Program-made: the position numbers and the translations under genes
Notes under the pieces: model-generated
The model's database searches: none
Told to the model about the DNA's origin: nothing
Seen by the model: the letters and a program-made list of their open reading frames with translations, nothing else
From: an uncultured virus (IMG/VR IMGVR_UViG_3300003394_000004)
Lineage: Duplodnaviria > Heunggongvirae > Uroviricota > Caudoviricetes
Direction: 5' to 3' (one strand)
IMG/VR virus record: IMGVR_UViG_3300003394_000004
Location: 62,001 to 117,610 of that record
DNA: 55,610 bases
Part shown: positions 47,965 through 55,610 of the stretch, one piece after another
Layout of the letters: each line of letters opens with the position of its first letter
Numbering within the stretch: position 1 is the first letter of the stretch

Positions 47965-48837
47965 ATGAAAAAAAAATGTATACTATATGGCAATTGTCAG
48001 GCCATTATTTATGTTTATGAATTATTAAATAATTTACCTGAATTCAAAAAACATTATGATTTAATATCCTATGTGAATCATGATAGAGAACAAACAAAAA
48101 AATTAGTAAATATTGATGTTGATGAACTTAAAAACTGTGATGTTTTTATATACCAACCACTTGGAGAAAGTCACGGAGTTTATGGTACAGAGAATTTAAA
48201 ATCAATGTTAAAAGACAGTTGTGTAAAAATTAGTTTTCCCTATGTATACAACTCATCATTTTATACCACTTATTGGGAAGACGCTTCGCCAAGATGGACA
48301 CTTCAAACATTAATTAATTGTGGATGGAAAAATATAATGTCTTTGATTTTAGAAAAACGTAAAATTGATGAAATTATAAATTTGTATGACAATGGTTTAA
48401 TTGATTTTTATTTTGAAGAAAGAATGAATGTTTGTATGGAATTATTGAAAGAGAAAGATGAAATTTGTGATATAAAAGTATCTGATTTTATATTAGAACA
48501 TTATAAAGATAAGAGATTATTTGTCACACAAAATCATTTAACACCTTATTTCAATATATGGATAACTAATCAAATCTTAGAAAGATTAAATATTCCCCAA
48601 ATACCAAACAAATATTCAGATACTAACATACTTGAGTCAAATTGTGTTTATGATAGTTATAATCTTAAATTTTATAATTTTTCACACGACACAAGCCAAA
48701 TATTCAACAATAAAGAAACTAAAGATAAAATTATTAGTTTTTATAACCACTTTAAGGGAGCCAATTACAATATGAATGATTTAATTATAAATAAAATCAT
48801 TGATGACCCCGAAAAATTCATTGATATGCCATTTTAA
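47965..48837 (+). CDS. WcbI-like polysaccharide biosynthesis protein (putative acetyltransferase)
   Basis: ILYGNCQA, DVFIYQP and RLFVTQNH. Confidence 0.75.
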   Translation: MKKKCILYGNCQAIIYVYELLNNLPEFKKHYDLISYVNHDREQTKKLVNIDVDELKNCDVFIYQPLGESHGVYGTENLKSMLKDSCVKISFPYVYNSSFYTTYWEDASPRWTLQTLINCGWKNIMSLILEKRKIDEIINLYDNGLIDFYFEERMNVCMELLKEKDEICDIKVSDFILEHYKDKRLFVTQNHLTPYFNIWITNQILERLNIPQIPNKYSDTNILESNCVYDSYNLKFYNFSHDTSQIFNNKETKDKIISFYNHFKGANYNMNDLIINKIIDDPEKFIDMPF

Positions 48838-48838
48838 T

Positions 48839-50422
48839 ATGATTGATAATAATATTCAATTAATTATACCAATGTCAGGTATTGGTAAAAGGTTCATAGA
48901 CGCTGGATATGAAAAAACCAAATCATTAATTGATGTTGATGGTTATCCTATAATAAAACATGTTGTTGATTTATTTCCTGGTGTAAAGGATGTTATTTTT
49001 ATTTGTAATGATATTCATTTAAAACAAACAAATATGAGGAAAGTTCTTAATGATATTTCCCCAAATTGTAGAATATTTGAAGTTGCTAATAACACAAAGG
49101 GACCAATAAACGCAATTCATCAAATATTTGATTTTATTGATAATAACAAACAAACAATTGTGAGTTATTGTGATTATGGAACTTATTGGGATTTTGAAAA
49201 TTTTATTAATTACGTAAATGATAAAAATCTTGATGGTGCAATTCCTTGTTATACAGGATTTCACCCACATATGTTAGGTAGTGACAATTATGCTTTCTGT
49301 AAAGAAAGTAATATGGAGCTTATTCAAATAAAAGAAAAAGAACCTTTTACTGACAACAAAATGAATGAATACGCATCAAATGGTACGTATTATTTTAAAT
49401 CGGGTAATTTATTAAAAGAATATTCTCAAAAACTTATTGATTTAGACATTAATATAAATGGTGAATATTATGTAAGTTTACTTTATAACCTGTTAGTTAA
49501 TGATGGTCTTAAAGTTGGTATATTTGAGATTGAAAACATGTTACAGTGGGGAACTCCTTATGATTTAGAGAATTATAAAGGTTGGTCAAAATACTTCTCA
49601 AATATTAATCTCCCACAAATAAAAATAAAAAACCCGCCAAACACCACCTTGATACTTCCTATGGCTGGTAAAGGTTCAAGATTTACTGAAGAAGGATATG
49701 ATTTACCAAAACCACTTTTAGATGTTGATGGATTACCCATGATTTTACAAGCCGTTGATTGTTTACCTGAGTCAGACAATAATGTGTTTATTTGTTTACA
49801 AGACCATATTGACGATTTTGGTATTGATAAGACTTTAAAAAATCATTTTTTAAATACAGAGGTTATATCAATTAATGAAACCACTGAAGGTCAGGCATGT
49901 ACTTGTGAAATAGGTATTGAAGAAACAAATATAAACTTAGAAAACCCCATTTTAATTTCCGCTTGTGATAATGGTGTTTTTTATGATAGAAAAAAATATT
50001 TAGAACTTTTAAATGATGAATCTATTGATGTAATAGTTTGGACTTTTAGAAATAATCAAGCCAGTAAAACTAATCCGAACGCATATGCGTGGTTAGATGT
50101 TGATGAGAATGATAACATAAAACATGTTTCTTGTAAAAAATTTATTTATGAAAACCCTTTAATCACTCACGCAATAATTGGTACAATGTTTTTCAGGAAG
50201 GGAACATATTTTATGGAGGGATTACAGAAAAATTATAATGAAAACATAAGAACAAATGGTGAATTTTATGTTGATGATGTTTTAAATCAAAATATTAAAG
50301 ATGGTTTAAAAGTTAAAGTTTTTGAGGTTGAAAATTACATCTGTTGGGGTACACCAAACGATTATAAAACCTACAATTATTGGAATAAATATTTTAAAAA
50401 TATAAAAAATAAAAATGAGTAA
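48839..50422 (+). CDS. Tandem two-domain sugar-phosphate nucleotidyltransferase
   Basis: IIPMSGIGKRF...WGTPYD followed by ILPMAGKGSRF..PKPL...WGTPND. Start moved to ATG 48839. Confidence 0.85.
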   Translation: MIDNNIQLIIPMSGIGKRFIDAGYEKTKSLIDVDGYPIIKHVVDLFPGVKDVIFICNDIHLKQTNMRKVLNDISPNCRIFEVANNTKGPINAIHQIFDFIDNNKQTIVSYCDYGTYWDFENFINYVNDKNLDGAIPCYTGFHPHMLGSDNYAFCKESNMELIQIKEKEPFTDNKMNEYASNGTYYFKSGNLLKEYSQKLIDLDININGEYYVSLLYNLLVNDGLKVGIFEIENMLQWGTPYDLENYKGWSKYFSNINLPQIKIKNPPNTTLILPMAGKGSRFTEEGYDLPKPLLDVDGLPMILQAVDCLPESDNNVFICLQDHIDDFGIDKTLKNHFLNTEVISINETTEGQACTCEIGIEETNINLENPILISACDNGVFYDRKKYLELLNDESIDVIVWTFRNNQASKTNPNAYAWLDVDENDNIKHVSCKKFIYENPLITHAIIGTMFFRKGTYFMEGLQKNYNENIRTNGEFYVDDVLNQNIKDGLKVKVFEVENYICWGTPNDYKTYNYWNKYFKNIKNKNE

Positions 50423-52088
50423 AATAACATTAGTAACGGGACTTTGGAATATTAAACGTGATGAACTAGAAGAAGGTTGGTCACGTTCATTTCAACATTA
50501 TTTGGATAAATTTGACCAACTATTAAAAGTTGATAATCCAATGATAATTTTTGGTGATTCTGATTTAGAATCATTTGTTTTTGAAAGACGAAACAAAGAT
50601 AATACATTGTTTATATCTCGCAGTCAAGAATGGTTCAAAAATGAATTTTATGACAAAATACAAACAATCAGAACAAACCCCGAATGGTATAATCAGGCGG
50701 GTTGGTTATCACAATCAACACAAGCAAGATTAGATATGTATAATCCTTTGGTTATGTCAAAGGTATTTTTGTTAAATGACGCCAGAATTATGGACCCATT
50801 TAATTCAGACATGATGTTTTGGATTGATGCTGGTTTAACAAACACGGTTCACCCTGGTTATTTTACACATGATAAAGTCTTAGAGAAATTACCTAACCAT
50901 ATTAACAAATTTTCATTTGTTTGTTTCCCATATCAAGCTGAAAACGAAATACACGGATTTAACTTTAATCAACTTAATGGAATTGTTGGTGAAAAGGTGG
51001 AAATGGTTGCACGTGGTGGGTTCTTTGGTGGTCCAAAACACACAATAGGGGACATTAACGGGATTTATTACAATTTGTTATCATCTACGTTGTCTCGTGG
51101 ACTTATGGGGACTGAGGAGTCAATATTTTCAATCATGTGTTATAAACATGCCGATTTAATTGACTACTTTGAAATTGAATCAAATGGTTTATTTGGGAAA
51201 TTCTTTGAGGATTTAAAGAATGAAACATTAGAGAAAAACAACAAACAGGGATTTACACCAATTAATGATGATTTGAATACAGACAACACGGCATTATATG
51301 TTATAACATTTAATAGCCCAAAACAATTTAAAACATTAATTGAATCAATGATTCAATATGATAAAGATTTTTTAGATAAACCAAAAAAATATCTTTTGGA
51401 TAATTCATCTGATTTATCAACTACCGAGGAATACTCGGTAATTTGTAATGAATTTGGTTTTGAACATATTAAGAAAGACAATTTAGGTATCTGTGGTGGT
51501 AGACAATGGATTTCAGAACATGCTGAAGAAAATGGATTTGATTTTCATTTCTTTTTTGAAGATGATATGTTCTTTTACCCAAATAAAGGTGAGGTATGTA
51601 GGAATGGATTTAATAGATATGTTCCAAATTTATACAAAAACACCTTAGAAATTACAAAAAACAATCACTTTGATTTTTTAAAGTTTAATTATAGCGAATT
51701 TTATGGTGATAATGGTATCCAATGGTCGTGGTACAATGTCCCACAAAACTTTAGATTAGAACACTGGCCTGAAAAACCCAATTTACCTGTTCATGGTCAA
51801 GACCCAAATGCTCCAAGAACAAAATTTAAACATGTGAGGACTCACAATGGTGTTCCATTTGTATCTGGTGAGATTTATTATTGTAACTGGCCACAAGTTG
51901 TGACCCGTCATGGTAATAAGAAAATGTTTTTAGAAACAACATGGGGACATCCATTTGAACAAACTTGGATGAGTTATATTTTCCAAGAAACAATCAAGGG
52001 AGAAATCAATCCAGGACTCTTACTTATGACACCTACTGAACATGATAGGTTTGATTTTTATGATGGTTCATTAAGAAAAGAATCTTAA
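50415..52088 (+). CDS. Fusion of an HtrL/YibB-like domain and a GT-A domain
   Basis: ITLVTGLWNI, FWIDAG, RGGFFGG and GTEESI, then YVITFN, NLGICGGR and FFEDD. Confidence 0.72.
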   Translation: MSKITLVTGLWNIKRDELEEGWSRSFQHYLDKFDQLLKVDNPMIIFGDSDLESFVFERRNKDNTLFISRSQEWFKNEFYDKIQTIRTNPEWYNQAGWLSQSTQARLDMYNPLVMSKVFLLNDARIMDPFNSDMMFWIDAGLTNTVHPGYFTHDKVLEKLPNHINKFSFVCFPYQAENEIHGFNFNQLNGIVGEKVEMVARGGFFGGPKHTIGDINGIYYNLLSSTLSRGLMGTEESIFSIMCYKHADLIDYFEIESNGLFGKFFEDLKNETLEKNNKQGFTPINDDLNTDNTALYVITFNSPKQFKTLIESMIQYDKDFLDKPKKYLLDNSSDLSTTEEYSVICNEFGFEHIKKDNLGICGGRQWISEHAEENGFDFHFFFEDDMFFYPNKGEVCRNGFNRYVPNLYKNTLEITKNNHFDFLKFNYSEFYGDNGIQWSWYNVPQNFRLEHWPEKPNLPVHGQDPNAPRTKFKHVRTHNGVPFVSGEIYYCNWPQVVTRHGNKKMFLETTWGHPFEQTWMSYIFQETIKGEINPGLLLMTPTEHDRFDFYDGSLRKES

Positions 52089-52092
52089 TGAG

Positions 52093-52099
52093 TATTTAT
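52093..52099 (+). promoter_or_regulatory. Putative late promoter motif TATTTAT
   Basis: GTATTTATA in a 16-nt gap, 5 nt before ATG 52105. Confidence 0.55.
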
Positions 52100-52104
52100 A
52101 TGTA

Positions 52105-52506
52105 ATGGAATTTAATATTAAGAAAAACGCGACATTACCACTTTTAAAAATGCAAGTGGTAAGAGACGGTAGAAGTGAATACCAATCTTTTATGGATTCT
52201 TTAGGTAGTGCGTCAATTTTCTTTTCTATGATTGATGAAGCAACAGGAATACCAAAAATTGTTTCAAAACCTGCGTATATTGTAGAAGTGGTTAATGACG
52301 ACTCAAATGCATTACCTGAGTATTACGTATATTTTAAATTCACATCTCGTGATACAAATAGTGTTGGTCGTTATGTTGGACAATTTTTGATTAAATATAA
52401 TAATGGTCTTTTAGGTGGAATTGAAGGAAATCTTATTCTACCATTAAGAGATGAGTTATATATCAATGTTCAAGAAAGTTTTATTATAGATAGTCCTTGT
52501 TGTTGA
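52105..52506 (+). CDS. Putative structural protein, BppU N-terminal-like
   Basis: F.IKKNATLP.L start, YFKFT..DT...G.Y.GQF and ILP. TATTTAT upstream. Confidence 0.55.
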   Translation: MEFNIKKNATLPLLKMQVVRDGRSEYQSFMDSLGSASIFFSMIDEATGIPKIVSKPAYIVEVVNDDSNALPEYYVYFKFTSRDTNSVGRYVGQFLIKYNNGLLGGIEGNLILPLRDELYINVQESFIIDSPCC

Positions 52507-52531
52507 CGAGGTTAAATCCAATACCTATACT
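52503..52531 (+). promoter_or_regulatory. Sigma70-like promoter of DNA polymerase, TTGACG-N17-TATACT
   Basis: TTGACG 52503-52508, 17-nt spacer, TATACT 52526-52531. Confidence 0.65.
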
Positions 52532-52591
52532 TTAACCAATGAGTAAGACAAACTCCGTATTTTACGGAAGATAATAGGTCACTCGGTTAAA
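52531..52591 (+). promoter_or_regulatory. Structured leader of DNA polymerase (extended stem-loop)
   Basis: Nested complementary pairs TTTAACC/GGTTAAA, GAGT/ACTC, GAC/GTC and TCCGTA/TACGGA, ending 10 nt before ATG 52602. Confidence 0.7.
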
Positions 52592-52601
52592 ATTTATAGA
52601 A

Positions 52602-55337
52602 ATGATATCAAACGAAGAAATTAAAGAGTTCTTGGAAGGTGGCGACCCCGAACAATTCATTGTGTCCATAGAATTTGATTATGTGACAGACGCAATCTAC
52701 AAAATTAAAGAAGTTCCTGGTAAGGGAAAACAAATCATAAAAGATAATTTTATACCTTTTGCTTGGGTCGGTGACCTAAAGGGTTTAAATTTTTATCAAG
52801 GTTCAAAAGGTTTACAAAAGGATGCAATGTCAAGACATAAAATTGTCATTGACAAGTTAGAAACCCACGATAATGAAAGATTAGAGAATGGTTTAACTTA
52901 TATAGTTAAATGCCTTGGTGGATATCGTTCATTAATTCAATTTTTCCGTGATGGTGGTATTGACCCTTGGGGTGATAAGGCTAAAGATAAGTTTCTTATG
53001 TTACCCCCCGTTGAACAATATCTTATTCAGAAAGAAAAACGACTATTCAAAGGATATGAAGAATACAATGACATAACCCGACTTGTATTTGACTTAGAAA
53101 CGACCTCACTTGAACCAAAGGATGGTCGTATATTCATGATTGGAATGAAAACAAACAAAGGGTTCCACGAGGTAATTGAATGTGATACAGAAGAAACTGA
53201 AAAGTTGGGTTTAATTAAATTCTTTGACACAATTAACGAACTTAAACCATCTATCATTGGTGGATATAACTCATTTAACTTTGACTGGTTGTGGATTTTT
53301 GAGAGAGCCAAGGCACTTGGATTGGATATAAAGAAGATAGCCAAGTCACTTAACCCCCAACGTACCATATCTCAGAAAGAACAAATGTTGAAGCTTGCCA
53401 ATGAGGTAGAAAGATACCCACAGACCTCAATGTGGGGGTATAACATCATTGATATCTTACACTCAGTTCGTAGAGCCCAAGCGATTAACTCAAACATTAA
53501 GTCTGCGGGTTTGAAATACATAACTCAGTACTTGGAGATTCAAGATGAAGACCGTGTATACATTGACCACACTGAAATCGGTCCTATGTACGCCAAAAAA
53601 GAAGATTATTGGTTTAATGTTAAAAACGGAAAGTATAAAAAGGCCGATAATCCACAATTTGATGACCTTGATACACGTTTTCCTGGTACATATATCAAGA
53701 CTACTGGTGACAAAATTGTAGAACAGTATCTTGATGATGACTTAGATGAAACCCTACGTGTAGATGACGAGTTTAACCAAGGTTCGTTCCTTTTGGCTTC
53801 GTTGGTTCCTACAACTTATGAGCGTGTAAGTACGATGGGTACGGCAACTTTGTGGAAGATGATTATGTTGGCTTGGTCTTATAAATACAACTTGGCTATT
53901 CCCGCTAAACAAGATAAGACTGACTTTGTTGGTGGATTGTCTCGTTTGATTAAAGTTGGTTATTCTACATCTGTATTGAAATTGGACTTTAGTTCACTTT
54001 ATCCATCTATTCAGTTAGTACATGATGTGTTTCCTGATTGTGATGTGACAGGTGCGATGAAAGGATTATTGGGTTACTTTAGAAATTCTCGTATTATGTA
54101 CAAACAATTGGCTGAAGAGTTTGAAAAGAGTGACCCTAAGAAGTCAAAATCATATGACCGTAAACAGTTACCGATTAAAATCTTTATTAACTCAATGTTT
54201 GGTGCGTTATCAGCACCACAAGTATTCCATTGGGGTGATATGTACATGGGTGAACAAATTACTTGTACAGGTAGACAATACTTGCGTCAGATGATTGGTT
54301 TCTTTATGAAACGTGGCTATGAACCATTGGTAATGGATACGGATGGTGTGAACTTTTCATCACCATCTAATATTAGTGACCGTAAATACATTGGTCGTGG
54401 TTTGAATTGGAAAGTAGTGGAAGGTAAAGAATACGTTGGTGCGGCTGCGGATATTGCCGAATACAATGACATATTCATGAGAGGTGAGATGGCTTTGGAT
54501 AATGATGGTGTTTGGCCGGCTTGTATTAACTTGGCTCGTAAGAATTACGCTTTGATGACCGATAAGGGTAAAATCAAATTGGTTGGTAACACTATTAAAT
54601 CAAAGAAATTACCAGGTTATATTGAAGAGTTTTTGGACAAAGGAATTAAGATGTTACTTCAAGGTCAGGGTAAAGATTTTATTGAGTATTACTATGAATA
54701 TCTACAAAAGATTTATGATATGAAAGTTCCTCTGGCAAAAATTGCCCAAAGAGCGAGAATTAAACATTCTTTGAGTGATTATAAATTCCGTTGTACTCAA
54801 AAAACAAAAGCGGGTTCATTAATGTCACGTCAAGCACATATGGAACTTGCAATTCACCATAACTTAAGTGTTAACTTGGGTGATGTGATTACTTATGTAA
54901 ATAACGGGTTAAGAGCATCTCACGGTGATGTGGTTAAGAAGGCGGATAGTTTGGTTTTGAATTGTTATTTGTTGGACCCTGCGGAATTGGAAGCAAATCC
55001 TGATTTAACAGGAAACTATAATGTGGCGAGAGCAATTGCGACTTTTAACAAACGTATTGACCCATTATTGGTTGTGTTTAAAGATGAAGTTCGTGAATCG
55101 TTCATTGTAACTGACCCCGAAAAACGTGGAATATTTACAACAGCACAATGTGAATTAATTAATGGACATCCATTAGGTGAAGGTGACCAAGATGATTTGA
55201 ACGATGTGTTAACAATTTCTGAACAGGAAATGTCTTATTGGAAAAAACGTGGATTGGAACCTTTTTATATCTACGAAAAAGCAGAAGAAGGTTGGGAAAA
55301 TCAAATTACGGGATTACCAAATTTTCAAACCATCTGA
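52602..55337 (+). CDS. polB: Family B DNA polymerase
   Basis: Exonuclease motifs FDLETT and GYNSFNFDW. Polymerase motifs DFSSLYPS, KIFINSMFG, DTDG and KNYA. Confidence 0.95.
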   Translation: MISNEEIKEFLEGGDPEQFIVSIEFDYVTDAIYKIKEVPGKGKQIIKDNFIPFAWVGDLKGLNFYQGSKGLQKDAMSRHKIVIDKLETHDNERLENGLTYIVKCLGGYRSLIQFFRDGGIDPWGDKAKDKFLMLPPVEQYLIQKEKRLFKGYEEYNDITRLVFDLETTSLEPKDGRIFMIGMKTNKGFHEVIECDTEETEKLGLIKFFDTINELKPSIIGGYNSFNFDWLWIFERAKALGLDIKKIAKSLNPQRTISQKEQMLKLANEVERYPQTSMWGYNIIDILHSVRRAQAINSNIKSAGLKYITQYLEIQDEDRVYIDHTEIGPMYAKKEDYWFNVKNGKYKKADNPQFDDLDTRFPGTYIKTTGDKIVEQYLDDDLDETLRVDDEFNQGSFLLASLVPTTYERVSTMGTATLWKMIMLAWSYKYNLAIPAKQDKTDFVGGLSRLIKVGYSTSVLKLDFSSLYPSIQLVHDVFPDCDVTGAMKGLLGYFRNSRIMYKQLAEEFEKSDPKKSKSYDRKQLPIKIFINSMFGALSAPQVFHWGDMYMGEQITCTGRQYLRQMIGFFMKRGYEPLVMDTDGVNFSSPSNISDRKYIGRGLNWKVVEGKEYVGAAADIAEYNDIFMRGEMALDNDGVWPACINLARKNYALMTDKGKIKLVGNTIKSKKLPGYIEEFLDKGIKMLLQGQGKDFIEYYYEYLQKIYDMKVPLAKIAQRARIKHSLSDYKFRCTQKTKAGSLMSRQAHMELAIHHNLSVNLGDVITYVNNGLRASHGDVVKKADSLVLNCYLLDPAELEANPDLTGNYNVARAIATFNKRIDPLLVVFKDEVRESFIVTDPEKRGIFTTAQCELINGHPLGEGDQDDLNDVLTISEQEMSYWKKRGLEPFYIYEKAEEGWENQITGLPNFQTI

Positions 55338-55610
55338 AGATAAGATATACCAAGATTGGTTAATAAAAACAAATTCTACACAAGCACCTTTTTCAATAGA
55401 GATTTCATCCCACTCTTCATCAATTGAATTGATGTCAGGCAAAATTAATACGTTTGTCATTGCTTTTATTTTAACTCTATCCGTAGTTAATGAATTTAAT
55501 TTTAAAATACAATTACTAACACCACGAACAACAATAGCATATTCTCCATTTGTGGTATATTGTGGTTCAGAAACAATGGCTAATTCAGAAGTTCTAATCT
55601 GAACACCATT
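55314..55610 (-). CDS. Hypothetical protein, C-terminal fragment, 5'-truncated by the window
   Basis: Not in the ORF track. An open minus-strand frame reads NGVQIRTSELAIVSEPQYTTNGEYAIVVRG...GACVEFVFINQSWYILSSDGLKIW* and overlaps the polymerase end by 24 nt. Confidence 0.7.
   Translation of the reverse strand, partial: NGVQIRTSELAIVSEPQYTTNGEYAIVVRGVSNCILKLNSLTTDRVKIKAMTNVLILPDINSIDEEWDEISIEKGACVEFVFINQSWYILSSDGLKIW

Noticed and set aside
31667..52088. Bacterial O-antigen/capsule locus or a chimeric assembly
   Set aside because: No flippase, polymerase, chain-length regulator or priming phosphoglycosyltransferase. It is flanked seamlessly by phage genes and shares the GATC avoidance.
52602..55337. 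Intein or intron in PolB, MCP or PhoH
   Set aside because: Frames are continuous and of ordinary length, with no intein splice or homing endonuclease motifs seen.
55249..55602. Plus-strand 117-aa ORF from the track
   Set aside because: It overlaps PolB by 89 nt, and the minus-strand frame 55314..55610 gives a more protein-like sequence.
1..55610. Stop-codon reassignment, tRNA genes, integrase or IS elements
   Set aside because: Standard-code ORFs tile the window and TAA, TAG and TGA all end genes. Intergenic gaps are short and show no cloverleaf. No recombinase or transposase motifs were seen.

Overview
This is a 55.6 kb, AT-rich, densely coding fragment of a large T4-like myovirus using the standard genetic code. 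The host is probably Bacteroidota: there is a Bacteroidetes-type bS21, a DUF4494-like gene, A-rich SD-less start regions and a TTG-N20-TAnnTTTG promoter. Layout: (1) head module with portal C-terminus, bS21 on the opposite strand, prohead protease, scaffold and major capsid protein (1-6.5 kb); (2) putative virion and head-internal proteins, a gp5/gpV-like spike and a gp55-like late sigma factor (6.5-15 kb); (3) a minus-strand block mixing glycosyltransferases with PhoH, HAD nucleotidase, dUTPase and an exonuclease (15-25 kb); (4) a late operon with a stand-alone WYL protein (25-27.6 kb); (5) a 1314-aa LamG protein with two long mucin-like Thr/Pro tracts, followed directly by a 23-gene, about 20 kb glycosylation island that begins with a GT60 polypeptide O-GlcNAc transferase-like gene (27.7-52.1 kb); (6) a family B DNA polymerase with a structured leader. 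The main candidate for an undescribed system is a phage-encoded, cytoplasmic, mucin-type O-glycosylation pathway sitting next to its likely substrate. Other signals are a recurring TATTTAT motif upstream of structural genes, apparent absence of GATC, a UDP-sugar dehydrogenase homologue lacking its catalytic Cys, and leader hairpins. All family calls come from motif recognition by eye; no database searches were run.
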